DNA from: Limnochordia bacterium
GTDB taxonomy: Bacteria; Bacillota; Limnochordia; DTU080
Reading direction: 5' to 3'
NCBI GenBank assembly: GCA_050951545.1
Contig: JBMNJG010000003.1
Location: 128,001-192,000 of the forward strand
Length of the DNA stretch: 64,000 nucleotides
The notes under the pieces are model-generated. The model was not told the DNA's origin. It saw nothing but the letters and a program-made list of their open reading frames with translations, and ran no database searches. Positions 56,694-64,000 of the stretch are shown piece by piece; position 1 is the first letter of the stretch; each line of letters starts with the position of its first letter. Both the position numbers and the translations under genes were made by a program.

Positions 56694-57158
56694 TCAAGCC
56701 CGCTTGATCACGAATAACGGCTGTCCGTACTCCACCGGCTGGGCGTTCTCGACGAGAATGCGCATCACCCTGCCTTTCATCTCAGACTCAATCTCGTTCA
56801 TGAGTTTCATGGCTTCGATGATACACAGCGGTTGCCCTACCTCGACCTCATCGCCCACCTGCACATAGGCTGGTGCATCGGGCGAAGGTGCCCGGTAAAA
56901 GGTGCCCACCATCGGCGCAACGATCGTCACGGTATTCTCAGCGTCCTCCAACGAAAGCTGTAAGGCGTCTGGCGCGCGTGCCTCCGGGACGCTTGCTGCC
57001 AGTGTCATGCTTGGGCAGGTAGGCCCCACCACAGCTGCAGCACTGAAGGCGGTCTGCTTGCGAATGGATAGTTTGGTAGACTCTGTTTCCAGAGTAAACT
57101 CCGCGATATCGCTAGCCTGAAGAGCCCGGATGAGCTCTTTGATCTCCTTGATATCCAA
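56694..57158 (-). CDS. accB: Biotin carboxyl carrier protein
   Basis: [17 protein letters not shown]. Confidence 0.96.
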   Translation of the reverse strand: MDIKEIKELIRALQASDIAEFTLETESTKLSIRKQTAFSAAAVVGPTCPSMTLAASVPEARAPDALQLSLEDAENTVTIVAPMVGTFYRAPSPDAPAYVQVGDEVEVGQPLCIIEAMKLMNEIESEMKGRVMRILVENAQPVEYGQPLFVIKRA

Positions 57159-57295
57159 GGGCCCACTCCTCCGCAAATCCTTCTACGCTAAAGCATCGAC
57201 ATGAGCGCCCCCTCATCTGCGAGAGACGTTTGTGAACAGGCGCACAGTCAAACTAGTTTCTACTCACGGACAGGCATCTCCTTCCGTGAGTAGAT

Positions 57296-57862
57296 TTAAG
57301 CATCCCCCGCTCCGTCGATGATCGCAATGCGCTCAAGGGCCACATTGGCGAGCCTAGCCACGAGCTCCCCAACACGCGCCGCGTCGTCTCGCTGCAAAAA
57401 CTCGGGAAGCACAACGCTGGCGGTGTCGTCGGCCAGCACTACCACCGCGTCACTGAAGCCTTTGGCGCGTAGTAGAGACTCCGTCTGCATCTCGCGTTCG
57501 CTTCTTTTGAGCAGAGCCAACAGCTCCGTGGTAAGCTGCGCCTTGCGAACCTCACTGATACCACTCTCGGCTGCTGCAGCCCGCAGGAGATCGACTTGCA
57601 TAGATCGAGCCCTGTCTCGTTCAATCCGGTACTCATCAAAGTAACCGGCACTAGTGCGCTTGACCGACACTTCTGGCTTTGATCCATGATCCACAGATTC
57701 GACTGGACCCTCCAAAACCTGTGCCGTCACACCAATGGCAGAGTCCGTCACCTGAGGGGTGCGCTCACGACGTGCTGCCATGTAGAGTACACCCAGAATA
57801 ACCAGCAGAAGAAGCATTAGTATTATACGCCGAATACGCTGTCGTTCAACCACGATAATCAC
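57296..57862 (-). CDS. spoIIIAH: Stage III sporulation protein AH
   Basis: N-terminal TM, YFDEYRIERDRARS, ESLLRAKGFSDAVV; last gene of the spoIIIA operon. Confidence 0.9.
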   Translation of the reverse strand: MIIVVERQRIRRIILMLLLLVILGVLYMAARRERTPQVTDSAIGVTAQVLEGPVESVDHGSKPEVSVKRTSAGYFDEYRIERDRARSMQVDLLRAAAAESGISEVRKAQLTTELLALLKRSEREMQTESLLRAKGFSDAVVVLADDTASVVLPEFLQRDDAARVGELVARLANVALERIAIIDGAGDA

Positions 57863-57868
57863 GTTCCT

Positions 57869-58514
57869 TCACCTCCTCAATTCGTTCACAGAGCGCATGG
57901 CGAAAACCGCCACTCGGTTGGCTGGCAGGGACAACGCCGTCTGTACGGCCTGTGTCAGCTGATAGCGTACTCGAGGCGAGGACGCCCCAAGAGCCACAAC
58001 CACAACACCTCTGACAGTTGGCTTTCGCTCCACGATAATCAGGGGTTTCTCTGTCCGAGCTGCGTCGTCCCGCAGCGTGACAGGACGTCTGCTTTCGTGT
58101 AGGTCGTCGGCTACCCTCGCATGGGCTTGATCGCCCGTAGTCCGCTGAACGCTGACCTCCTCAGCGATCACCACCTCCGCTCCCGCCTCAAGTGTTACGT
58201 ACACTTGCACCTCACCCACACCCTCGATATGACCCAGGATTTCCCGTAGCTCACTGAGCAAGGCGCTCTTCAAGACTGACCGCGAGGCCCGTCGCAGGCA
58301 ACTGCGTGGATCCTAGGGTGGGCTGAGAAGGCTCTCCACCTCCTCGACTCAGCATCATCAGGGCGACGCCTACCAGGGTAAGGACGGCCAAGCCCTTGCC
58401 AGTGGCATTGCCTAACAAAACCTTTCCGCCTTCTTTGCTGCCTGTTTCTGGCGACGATGAAGAGTCCGCCTTCTTCTGTAGCCAGCGCGTCCAAAGATCC
58501 CCCAGCTGCGTCAT
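57869..58514 (-). pseudogene. spoIIIAG: Stage III sporulation protein AG, split by a one-base frameshift (real mutation or assembly error)
   Basis: CTT GCT CAG T GAG CTA CGG GAA: removing the T at 58253 joins LEERLAQ to ELREILGHIEGVGEVQV and the C-terminal P.VRGVVVVALGA. Confidence 0.85.
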
Positions 58515-58515
58515 C

Positions 58516-59025
58516 TCATGGCCCTCCCTGCTCTACTTCCACCCGTATGGAGATCGCCGCAACGCCAAGAAAGACCCTAGCTAGTCGCTCCACTCGCTCT
58601 GCCACATCCGCACTGTTTGTCGTCGTAGTAGCTACAATCGCGATCCGTGGTTCATCGCCATCCAGGTCCACGGCCACCCGCTGTACGCCATCGACAGTCA
58701 AGATAAGAGCTTCCGCCTCTTCAGCTACGCCCGCCTTGGTGGCCATGGTAGCATCCGCTAGCATACGCCTCCCTGCCTCTACGGCGCGCGAGGGGGCCAT
58801 CACCTCATCCGCAGGAACACGTATCAGCAAATCCGTCCAACGAGGCCCCTGAACAACCTGCAGGAGAGGATCTAGAACCGCCAAGATAACGACTAGACCC
58901 ACGACCATCTTGGTATAGCGACGCAGTTCGCCCGCTGGTAAGATCATCTCGACCACGGTCACAAACAGAATAAGAAAGACAAGTTGCTGGGCCCATGCAT
59001 AGACCACCTCTCGCATTGGAGGCAC
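58516..59025 (-). CDS. spoIIIAF: Stage III sporulation protein AF
   Basis: EMILPAGELRRYTKMVVGLVVILAVLDP. Confidence 0.88.
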   Translation of the reverse strand: MPPMREVVYAWAQQLVFLILFVTVVEMILPAGELRRYTKMVVGLVVILAVLDPLLQVVQGPRWTDLLIRVPADEVMAPSRAVEAGRRMLADATMATKAGVAEEAEALILTVDGVQRVAVDLDGDEPRIAIVATTTTNSADVAERVERLARVFLGVAAISIRVEVEQGGP

Positions 59026-59030
59026 CCACC

Positions 59031-60203
59031 CTAACGAAGGAATGCTGGTACACTGCCCATACTAACAAGAATGGTGATGCTGACGAAGAACATCAGACCC
59101 ACTGTAAGCAGGCACGCGATAACCAAAGAGAGGCTGGTGGCCAAAGCACTCATCGCCTCTACCAGGCGCTCGTCGCTGATAGGTTCCACTAAGGCCGCAG
59201 CAAGACGATAGATCATGTAGACCGAGAAGACCTTGATTACCGGAAAGATCATGAGCATGAAAACCGTCGCCATACCAAATCCACCGATGGCGTTCTTGAT
59301 CAGCATCGAACCGCCCACGACCACTTCGAGAGCCTCTGCCATGCGACTGCCCACCACTGGAATGAACGTCCCCGTGAGAAACTTGGCGGTCTTCATGGCC
59401 AGCCCGTCGGAGACCGGCGCAATGGCCCCGCGCACAGTGAGTACCCCAAAAAAGAGGATGAAGAGAAGCCCCAAGAGCGTCAAGGCCCACTGGCGAACTA
59501 GCGCCGCCAGCCTCTTCATCGGAAATTCCCGCGAGAGTGTACCCAGCACCGCCAAAACTGCAGCTAGCATCACCATAGGCAGGACGGAGCTTTTCACTAT
59601 TGTGGCCACCACATTGATGACGACAAAAAGCAGGGGATGGAAAACGGTGGCAGTGGTCACGGCACCCACCGCCGCCAGCATGGTCGTCATCATGGGCAAG
59701 AGCGCCTGCATGAAGGAAACCATGGTATCGACTGCGTCCACTGCCACGTCCACAACAAGCCGAAACGACTGAATAGCTAGGTAGAGCAGGGTCAACAATG
59801 ACACAGCAAACGCAACGTCCGAGGCTCCTTGCGCTGGGAAAACATTCGCTAGGTTCCTTAGCACAGCGCAGAAGACGGCCAGAACCACCAACTGCCCCAA
59901 AAGGTGTGAGTTACGTGTGACCTCGCGAAGCGTGAATGATAGCAGTCTACGCATCATGGCCGCTAGGTCAAAGCCCAGATCACTGCCTGAACCAGAAATG
60001 ATGCTGGCTAGGTCAAACCGCGGCAGTTCCTGCTGCAAGTCGGCCTGCAACGAACCCAGGAAGGCCTCCATTTCGCCCGTCTGCAAGGCGGCAATCTGAT
60101 CCCCGATGGCTTCTGGCAGCGGCGCCGCCCACGCATGTGGTGCAAGCATGAGAAGCAGCACACCTATCCAGAAGATCCCTATGCAGCACCGACGGCCTGT
60201 CAT
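59031..60203 (-). CDS. spoIIIAE: Stage III sporulation protein AE
   Basis: Multi-TM; FMQALLP, KTAKF..FIPVVG, IKNAIG, EPISD. Confidence 0.93.
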   Translation of the reverse strand: MTGRRCCIGIFWIGVLLLMLAPHAWAAPLPEAIGDQIAALQTGEMEAFLGSLQADLQQELPRFDLASIISGSGSDLGFDLAAMMRRLLSFTLREVTRNSHLLGQLVVLAVFCAVLRNLANVFPAQGASDVAFAVSLLTLLYLAIQSFRLVVDVAVDAVDTMVSFMQALLPMMTTMLAAVGAVTTATVFHPLLFVVINVVATIVKSSVLPMVMLAAVLAVLGTLSREFPMKRLAALVRQWALTLLGLLFILFFGVLTVRGAIAPVSDGLAMKTAKFLTGTFIPVVGSRMAEALEVVVGGSMLIKNAIGGFGMATVFMLMIFPVIKVFSVYMIYRLAAALVEPISDERLVEAMSALATSLSLVIACLLTVGLMFFVSITILVSMGSVPAFLR

Positions 60204-60592
60204 GGCATGAGGCCCACCAGCGCGTCCATGATACTGGCAACCAACGGCACCGCCAGGAACATGATTAACACCTTGCCTGCCATCTCTACCACTGTTGCGG
60301 CGGTCTCCTCCTTAGCATCTTTGGCCAGCTGGGCACCAAGGGCTGCCACATACGCTGTACCCACGGCTTTGAGTACCACGGCCATGTAGATGCTCCTGAT
60401 TTGGGCTCGTTTGCCTAGATCTGCAAATACTCGAATCACCTGTTGTAGAGACGGAAGGATAAGAAAAAGAAGCATCACCATGAAACCGATGGCTAGTTGA
60501 GAGGCTAAGGCTGTCTGCGATGCTGAGCGTAGATAGGTGAGCAGCACAGTCATCACAATAGCCATAGCGACAATCCGGGTGATCTCTTGCAT
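60200..60592 (-). CDS. spoIIIAD: Stage III sporulation protein AD
   Basis: VLKAVGTAYV, KDAKE, EMAGKV. Confidence 0.9.
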   Translation of the reverse strand: MQEITRIVAMAIVMTVLLTYLRSASQTALASQLAIGFMVMLLFLILPSLQQVIRVFADLGKRAQIRSIYMAVVLKAVGTAYVAALGAQLAKDAKEETAATVVEMAGKVLIMFLAVPLVASIMDALVGLMP

Positions 60593-60619
60593 GGCTAAGC
60601 CACCCCTCCTGCTCCCTCA

Positions 60620-60814
60620 TCACCAGCGAAAGACAGTCTCCACGTCTGCAAAAAGCCGCGATATCATCTGTACAAGCCAAAGCAACACAATGATTACACC
60701 TGCTAGCGAGAGCATCTGCGCCTGCTCTTGCCTTCCCGCCTGTGTCAAGAAAATATGGAGAATCGCTACGATAATGCCCAAGCCAGCGATTTTGTAGATG
60801 GCTGTAATATCCAC
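60620..60814 (-). CDS. spoIIIAC: Stage III sporulation protein AC
   Basis: IYKIAGLGIIVA, QAGRQEQA. Confidence 0.93.
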   Translation of the reverse strand: MDITAIYKIAGLGIIVAILHIFLTQAGRQEQAQMLSLAGVIIVLLWLVQMISRLFADVETVFRW

Positions 60815-60835
60815 GGCAGCTCGCCCCTCCGCCTT

Positions 60836-61342
60836 TCAGTAGAGTAGAAGCACAAGAAGCAGGCCACTGCTAACCCCCAAATAGCGCCACAAGCGGCAAG
60901 CATTCGCAACTCCCTCGTGTAGAGCTTGTCGCTCTTCCTCGAGAAGGCTCTGGGCCAGGCGAAGATGCCGAACGTGATCCTCTGCACGCCACGGGCCCCA
61001 GGCAGCGGCGACACCCTCGAGTATGTCCGCTTGACGGGCTGGTAGCTGCCGTCCGCTGCCCCACGACGCGCAAGCAGATGACCAGGCTTCGCGCGCCCTC
61101 ATACCCTCACGCAAGGCCTCCGCTGCCAGCGTAAAAAGATCGGAGGTCTCGGATGCCGAAGCTGCCGCCTTCTCGAAAGCCTCCTCCAGATCAGAGGATA
61201 GGAAGGCAATCTCTGCTTCTAGAACATTGAGAGCTCTGAGCAAAGCCTCGACCGTCGCCAGATTACGCTTCTCCTTCTGTGCTGCTCGCTCTCCCAGCAG
61301 CGTCGTTGCGGTTACAATGCATCCTGCCCCCACGGCCTTCAC
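60836..61342 (-). CDS. spoIIIAB: Stage III sporulation protein AB
   Basis: MKAVGA, LEAEIAF, YLGVSSGLLLVLLLY; operon position. Confidence 0.85.
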   Translation of the reverse strand: MKAVGAGCIVTATTLLGERAAQKEKRNLATVEALLRALNVLEAEIAFLSSDLEEAFEKAAASASETSDLFTLAAEALREGMRAREAWSSACASWGSGRQLPARQADILEGVAAAWGPWRAEDHVRHLRLAQSLLEEERQALHEGVANACRLWRYLGVSSGLLLVLLLY

Positions 61343-61348
61343 CGCATC

Positions 61349-62332
61349 TCACATCCCCACTACTTTCGCTCGCCCGAACTCACCGCTCCCGCTCAGACGC
61401 AAATTGGCGATCTGCTCTACGGTGCCAGGCCCTTGCCTGCGACTTAACACGACGAGCCGTTCGAAAGCTCCTCGGCGAACCAGCCGAGCAAGACCAGGCC
61501 GCCGCTCGACGTCCTCCAGTGAAGTGCCGTGCGCGGTAGCCAGCAAGGTAACTCCGCTAAACAGGGCCTCCTCCAGAGCCGCTGCGTCAGCATCACTGCC
61601 GACCTCGTCGCTCACAATCACCTCTGGTGACATAGAACGCAGCAGGAGCATGATTCCCTCGGCCTTTGGGCAGCCGTCCAACACGTCTGTTCGGGGCCCC
61701 AGATCCAACTGAGGTACACCACGCCAACAGGCGGCCAACTCAGAGCGTTCATCAGCCACCGCCACACGCAGTCCTGGGAGTCCTATGGCAGGAACACCAC
61801 TTGACACCTGACGAGTCACGTCACGTAACAAGGTGGTCTTCCCACAACCAGGTGCCGAAACAACTAGCGTGTGAAGTAGGCGATTCCCACGTACTAGTGC
61901 TGGCAGAACCCTATCTGCCGCCCCCACCACCGCGCGGGCCAGACGTACGTTGCAGCTGGCGATATGTTTCATGGTGCGCAGACGCCCATCTTGCAGCACA
62001 GCCTGTCCCACCAATCCGACCCGGTGTCCCCCTGGCAGCGTGATAAAGCCAGCCCGCACATCATCCTCCATTGCGTACAAAGAGGCTCTGCTAATCGCCT
62101 CGATAAACTCTGTGGCCTGCTGCTGGTGCCAGATCAGTGCCTCCTCGGCCGAAGCGAATCGGCCGTCGCTCGTCAGAAAATAATCCCCATCGCTCGAAAC
62201 CACCATCACTGGCCTCTCACAGCGGAGCCGGATCTCTTCAAGTTGCACGCGCGTGTGCCTTGGCAGCTTGCCCAAGGCATGACGGAGTGTAGGGGGAAGG
62301 TAGCCTAGCACGTCATCAAGCGCACAACTCAC
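61349..62332 (-). CDS. spoIIIAA: Stage III sporulation protein AA (ATPase)
   Basis: EEIRLR, GGHRVG, APGCGKTT, DERSELA, RSMSPEVIVSDEVG, TAHG. Confidence 0.96.
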   Translation of the reverse strand: MSCALDDVLGYLPPTLRHALGKLPRHTRVQLEEIRLRCERPVMVVSSDGDYFLTSDGRFASAEEALIWHQQQATEFIEAISRASLYAMEDDVRAGFITLPGGHRVGLVGQAVLQDGRLRTMKHIASCNVRLARAVVGAADRVLPALVRGNRLLHTLVVSAPGCGKTTLLRDVTRQVSSGVPAIGLPGLRVAVADERSELAACWRGVPQLDLGPRTDVLDGCPKAEGIMLLLRSMSPEVIVSDEVGSDADAAALEEALFSGVTLLATAHGTSLEDVERRPGLARLVRRGAFERLVVLSRRQGPGTVEQIANLRLSGSGEFGRAKVVGM

Positions 62333-62380
62333 GCCGCTCACCTCTGTACAACCTATGCCGCCTCGCATGTAGAAAAGAAC

Positions 62381-62416
62381 AAAAAAGGGACCGGCCCCCT
62401 AAGGGAAACGATCCCC
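62381..62416 (-). terminator. Rho-independent terminator upstream of spoIIIA
   Basis: GGGATCGTTTCCC-tta-GGGGGCCGGTCCC followed by TTTTTT. Confidence 0.75.
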
Positions 62417-62440
62417 ACCATGTGTGATTAGTGTTCTATA

Positions 62441-62905
62441 CTAGATGTCTGTTTCAGACGAATCCTCTTCGGATTCCTCTAAGGTCGCACCGTTGGTGTG
62501 CGCCCGTCCCGCACTCTCTCCAGTTGCATAGACCACCGCCCCGCACTCGGGGCAGGTGACCTCCACATCCGAATCGTAGAGGAAATCCTCTTCAAAGAAG
62601 ACCTCCTCACCACATTCAGGACAGACCATCTCCACAACATCGCCATCAAGGTCATCGTCGTCGTCATCATCGTCATCGCCGCAGCCGAAAAGCTCATCCT
62701 CGAGATCCGCCAGATCGCAATCAATGGCTTCCATGTATTCTTCTGTCTCGGCCTGCCCCGATTCTAGCATCTCCACCTTGTCAGCAAGATCGCTACAGAG
62801 GGCCAAGAGGCTATCCCAGACAGATTTCACCTGGGCGTTCTGCCCACAAAAGTCTGATCCGTCGATAAGACCGCGCAAATATGCGATGCGCTCTTTTACC
62901 TTCAC
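62441..62905 (-). CDS. CD1247-like conserved protein (acidic, Zn-ribbon)
   Basis: KERIAYLRGLIDG, poly-Asp, CPECG..CPECG; usual position between efp and spoIIIAA in clostridia. Confidence 0.8.
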   Translation of the reverse strand: MKVKERIAYLRGLIDGSDFCGQNAQVKSVWDSLLALCSDLADKVEMLESGQAETEEYMEAIDCDLADLEDELFGCGDDDDDDDDDLDGDVVEMVCPECGEEVFFEEDFLYDSDVEVTCPECGAVVYATGESAGRAHTNGATLEESEEDSSETDI

Positions 62906-62931
62906 TTCGCCACCCCCTGGAGACTTGTCTG

Positions 62932-63489
62932 CTAGACCCGCGATAGGTACTCGCCTGTACGCGTATCCACTCGTATCTTGTCGCCCTGGTCTACAAACAG
63001 AGGAACCTGAACGATCACACCTGTCGCCAATGTAGCCGGCTTCGTGCCCCCGGTTGCTGTATCGCCTTTGAAACCGGGTTCCGTATGTACGATCTCCATC
63101 TCCACAAATGTCGGAAGATCAACGCCTATTGGCTGCCCCTGGAAAAACTGAATCCCGATGACCATGTTGTCCATAAGCCACTTGGGAGCTTCATCGAGCT
63201 GATCCCGAGTAAGCACTAACTGCTCATAGCTTTCAGTATCCATGAAGGTGAACTCGTCGCCACTGGTATACAGATACTGCATCTGCTTAGTTTCGATATG
63301 CGCCCGATTTACCTTCTCACCCGCGCGGAAGGTCACCTCCCGTACCGCACCTGTTTTCACGTTCTTCAGCTTTGTGCGCACGAACGCCGCGCCCTTACCT
63401 GGCTTCACATGCAAAAACTCCACCACAGAAAGGACTTCCCCATCGATTTCGATGGTCAAACCCGTCCGTAGATCGTTGACGGAGATCAC
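62932..63489 (-). CDS. efp: Elongation factor P
   Basis: [34 protein letters not shown]. Confidence 0.98.
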   Translation of the reverse strand: MISVNDLRTGLTIEIDGEVLSVVEFLHVKPGKGAAFVRTKLKNVKTGAVREVTFRAGEKVNRAHIETKQMQYLYTSGDEFTFMDTESYEQLVLTRDQLDEAPKWLMDNMVIGIQFFQGQPIGVDLPTFVEMEIVHTEPGFKGDTATGGTKPATLATGVIVQVPLFVDQGDKIRVDTRTGEYLSRV

Positions 63490-63548
63490 ACCGCCACCCC
63501 CTGCTTCTTCTGATAGGCTTACCCGCCGAGAGCATAGACATACGACTG

Positions 63549-64000
63549 CTACAAGATCAGCAGTTCCTTTGTGGCCTTGGTGAGCACTTGAGGGGCCTCA
63601 GCTGTGACACAGATGAGATCCTCGATGCGTACCCCTCCCCATCCCGGCAGGTAGATACCGGGCTCCACACTGCAGACCATACCCTCTGCCAAAGCACCCT
63701 CTCCGAGCCGTGACAGGCGCGGGTACCTCTCGTGAATTTCGAGACCCACACCATGCCCCAAACCGTGACCGAAATACTCGCCATATCCACTGGCAGCGAT
63801 TACTCCACGGGCAATACCATCCACCTGCTGGCCCGTTTTGCCAGATACTGCTGCGGCGATCCCCGCCTTTTGCGCTTGCAGCACAATATCGTAGATCGTC
63901 CGCTGCTTGGCATCGACTGTGCCGACTCCGACCGTACGCGTGATGTCCGAGTGGTACCCCTGCCATACCGCACCGAAATCAAGAGTTACCAATTCCCCGC
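63549..64000 (-). CDS. Xaa-Pro aminopeptidase (M24), 3' part
   Basis: [38 protein letters not shown]; runs off the window edge. Confidence 0.95.
   Translation of the reverse strand, partial: GELVTLDFGAVWQGYHSDITRTVGVGTVDAKQRTIYDIVLQAQKAGIAAAVSGKTGQQVDGIARGVIAASGYGEYFGHGLGHGVGLEIHERYPRLSRLGEGALAEGMVCSVEPGIYLPGWGGVRIEDLICVTAEAPQVLTKATKELLIL

Noticed and set aside
57188-57202. Mini-ORF MSML* with a GAGGGGG RBS upstream of accB (leader peptide or deletion scar)
   Set aside because: Only four codons, no attenuator structure seen; cannot be told apart from chance
62651-62678. GAY trinucleotide run as a contingency repeat
   Set aside because: Mixed GAT/GAC codons encoding a poly-Asp tract in an acidic protein; not a pure slippage tract

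Overview
A 64-kb chromosomal segment from a GC-rich, endospore-forming Bacillota (Firmicutes) bacterium; the lineage is inferred from gene content only. About 50 kb (12-64 kb) is conserved core and sporulation backbone, mostly on the minus strand: Xaa-Pro peptidase-efp-spoIIIAA..AH-accBC-asp23-amaP-nusB-tsaD paralog-xseAB-ispA-dxs-tlyA-nadK-argR-recN-spoIVB-spo0A-steAB-GT2-MraY-like-dinG, then two polysaccharide deacetylases, M16 peptidase-dut-ymxH-dapB-dpaAB-asd-dapG-dapA-rnj-tepA-ylzJ, a few spore-type genes, sleB-ypeB-uppP and the yggS-sepF-proC-yggT-ylmH-divIVA cluster. The first 12 kb is accessory. It holds an intact IS1634 inserted in the 3' end of a formate/nitrite transporter gene, four tRNAs (Val, Asp, Phe, Gly), an ISKra4-type transposase remnant absent from the ORF track, a gene for a protein with two winged-HTH-like domains and a PD-(D/E)XK/DUF559-like nuclease domain, a 1-kb array of 2.4 tandem ~400-bp apparently non-coding repeats, a Ku/split-LigD NHEJ operon, a lipoprotein and a GH36-like glycosidase. 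Main observations: (1) the HTH-nuclease plus long-repeat array locus; (2) a 57-bp structured dispersed repeat, three copies, each in the same orientation upstream of a gene; (3) a one-base frameshift in spoIIIAG; (4) an unusually diverged Spo0A; (5) a steA-steB-glycosyltransferase cluster behind a forespore-type promoter. All product calls come from motifs and synteny read by eye; no database searches were run.
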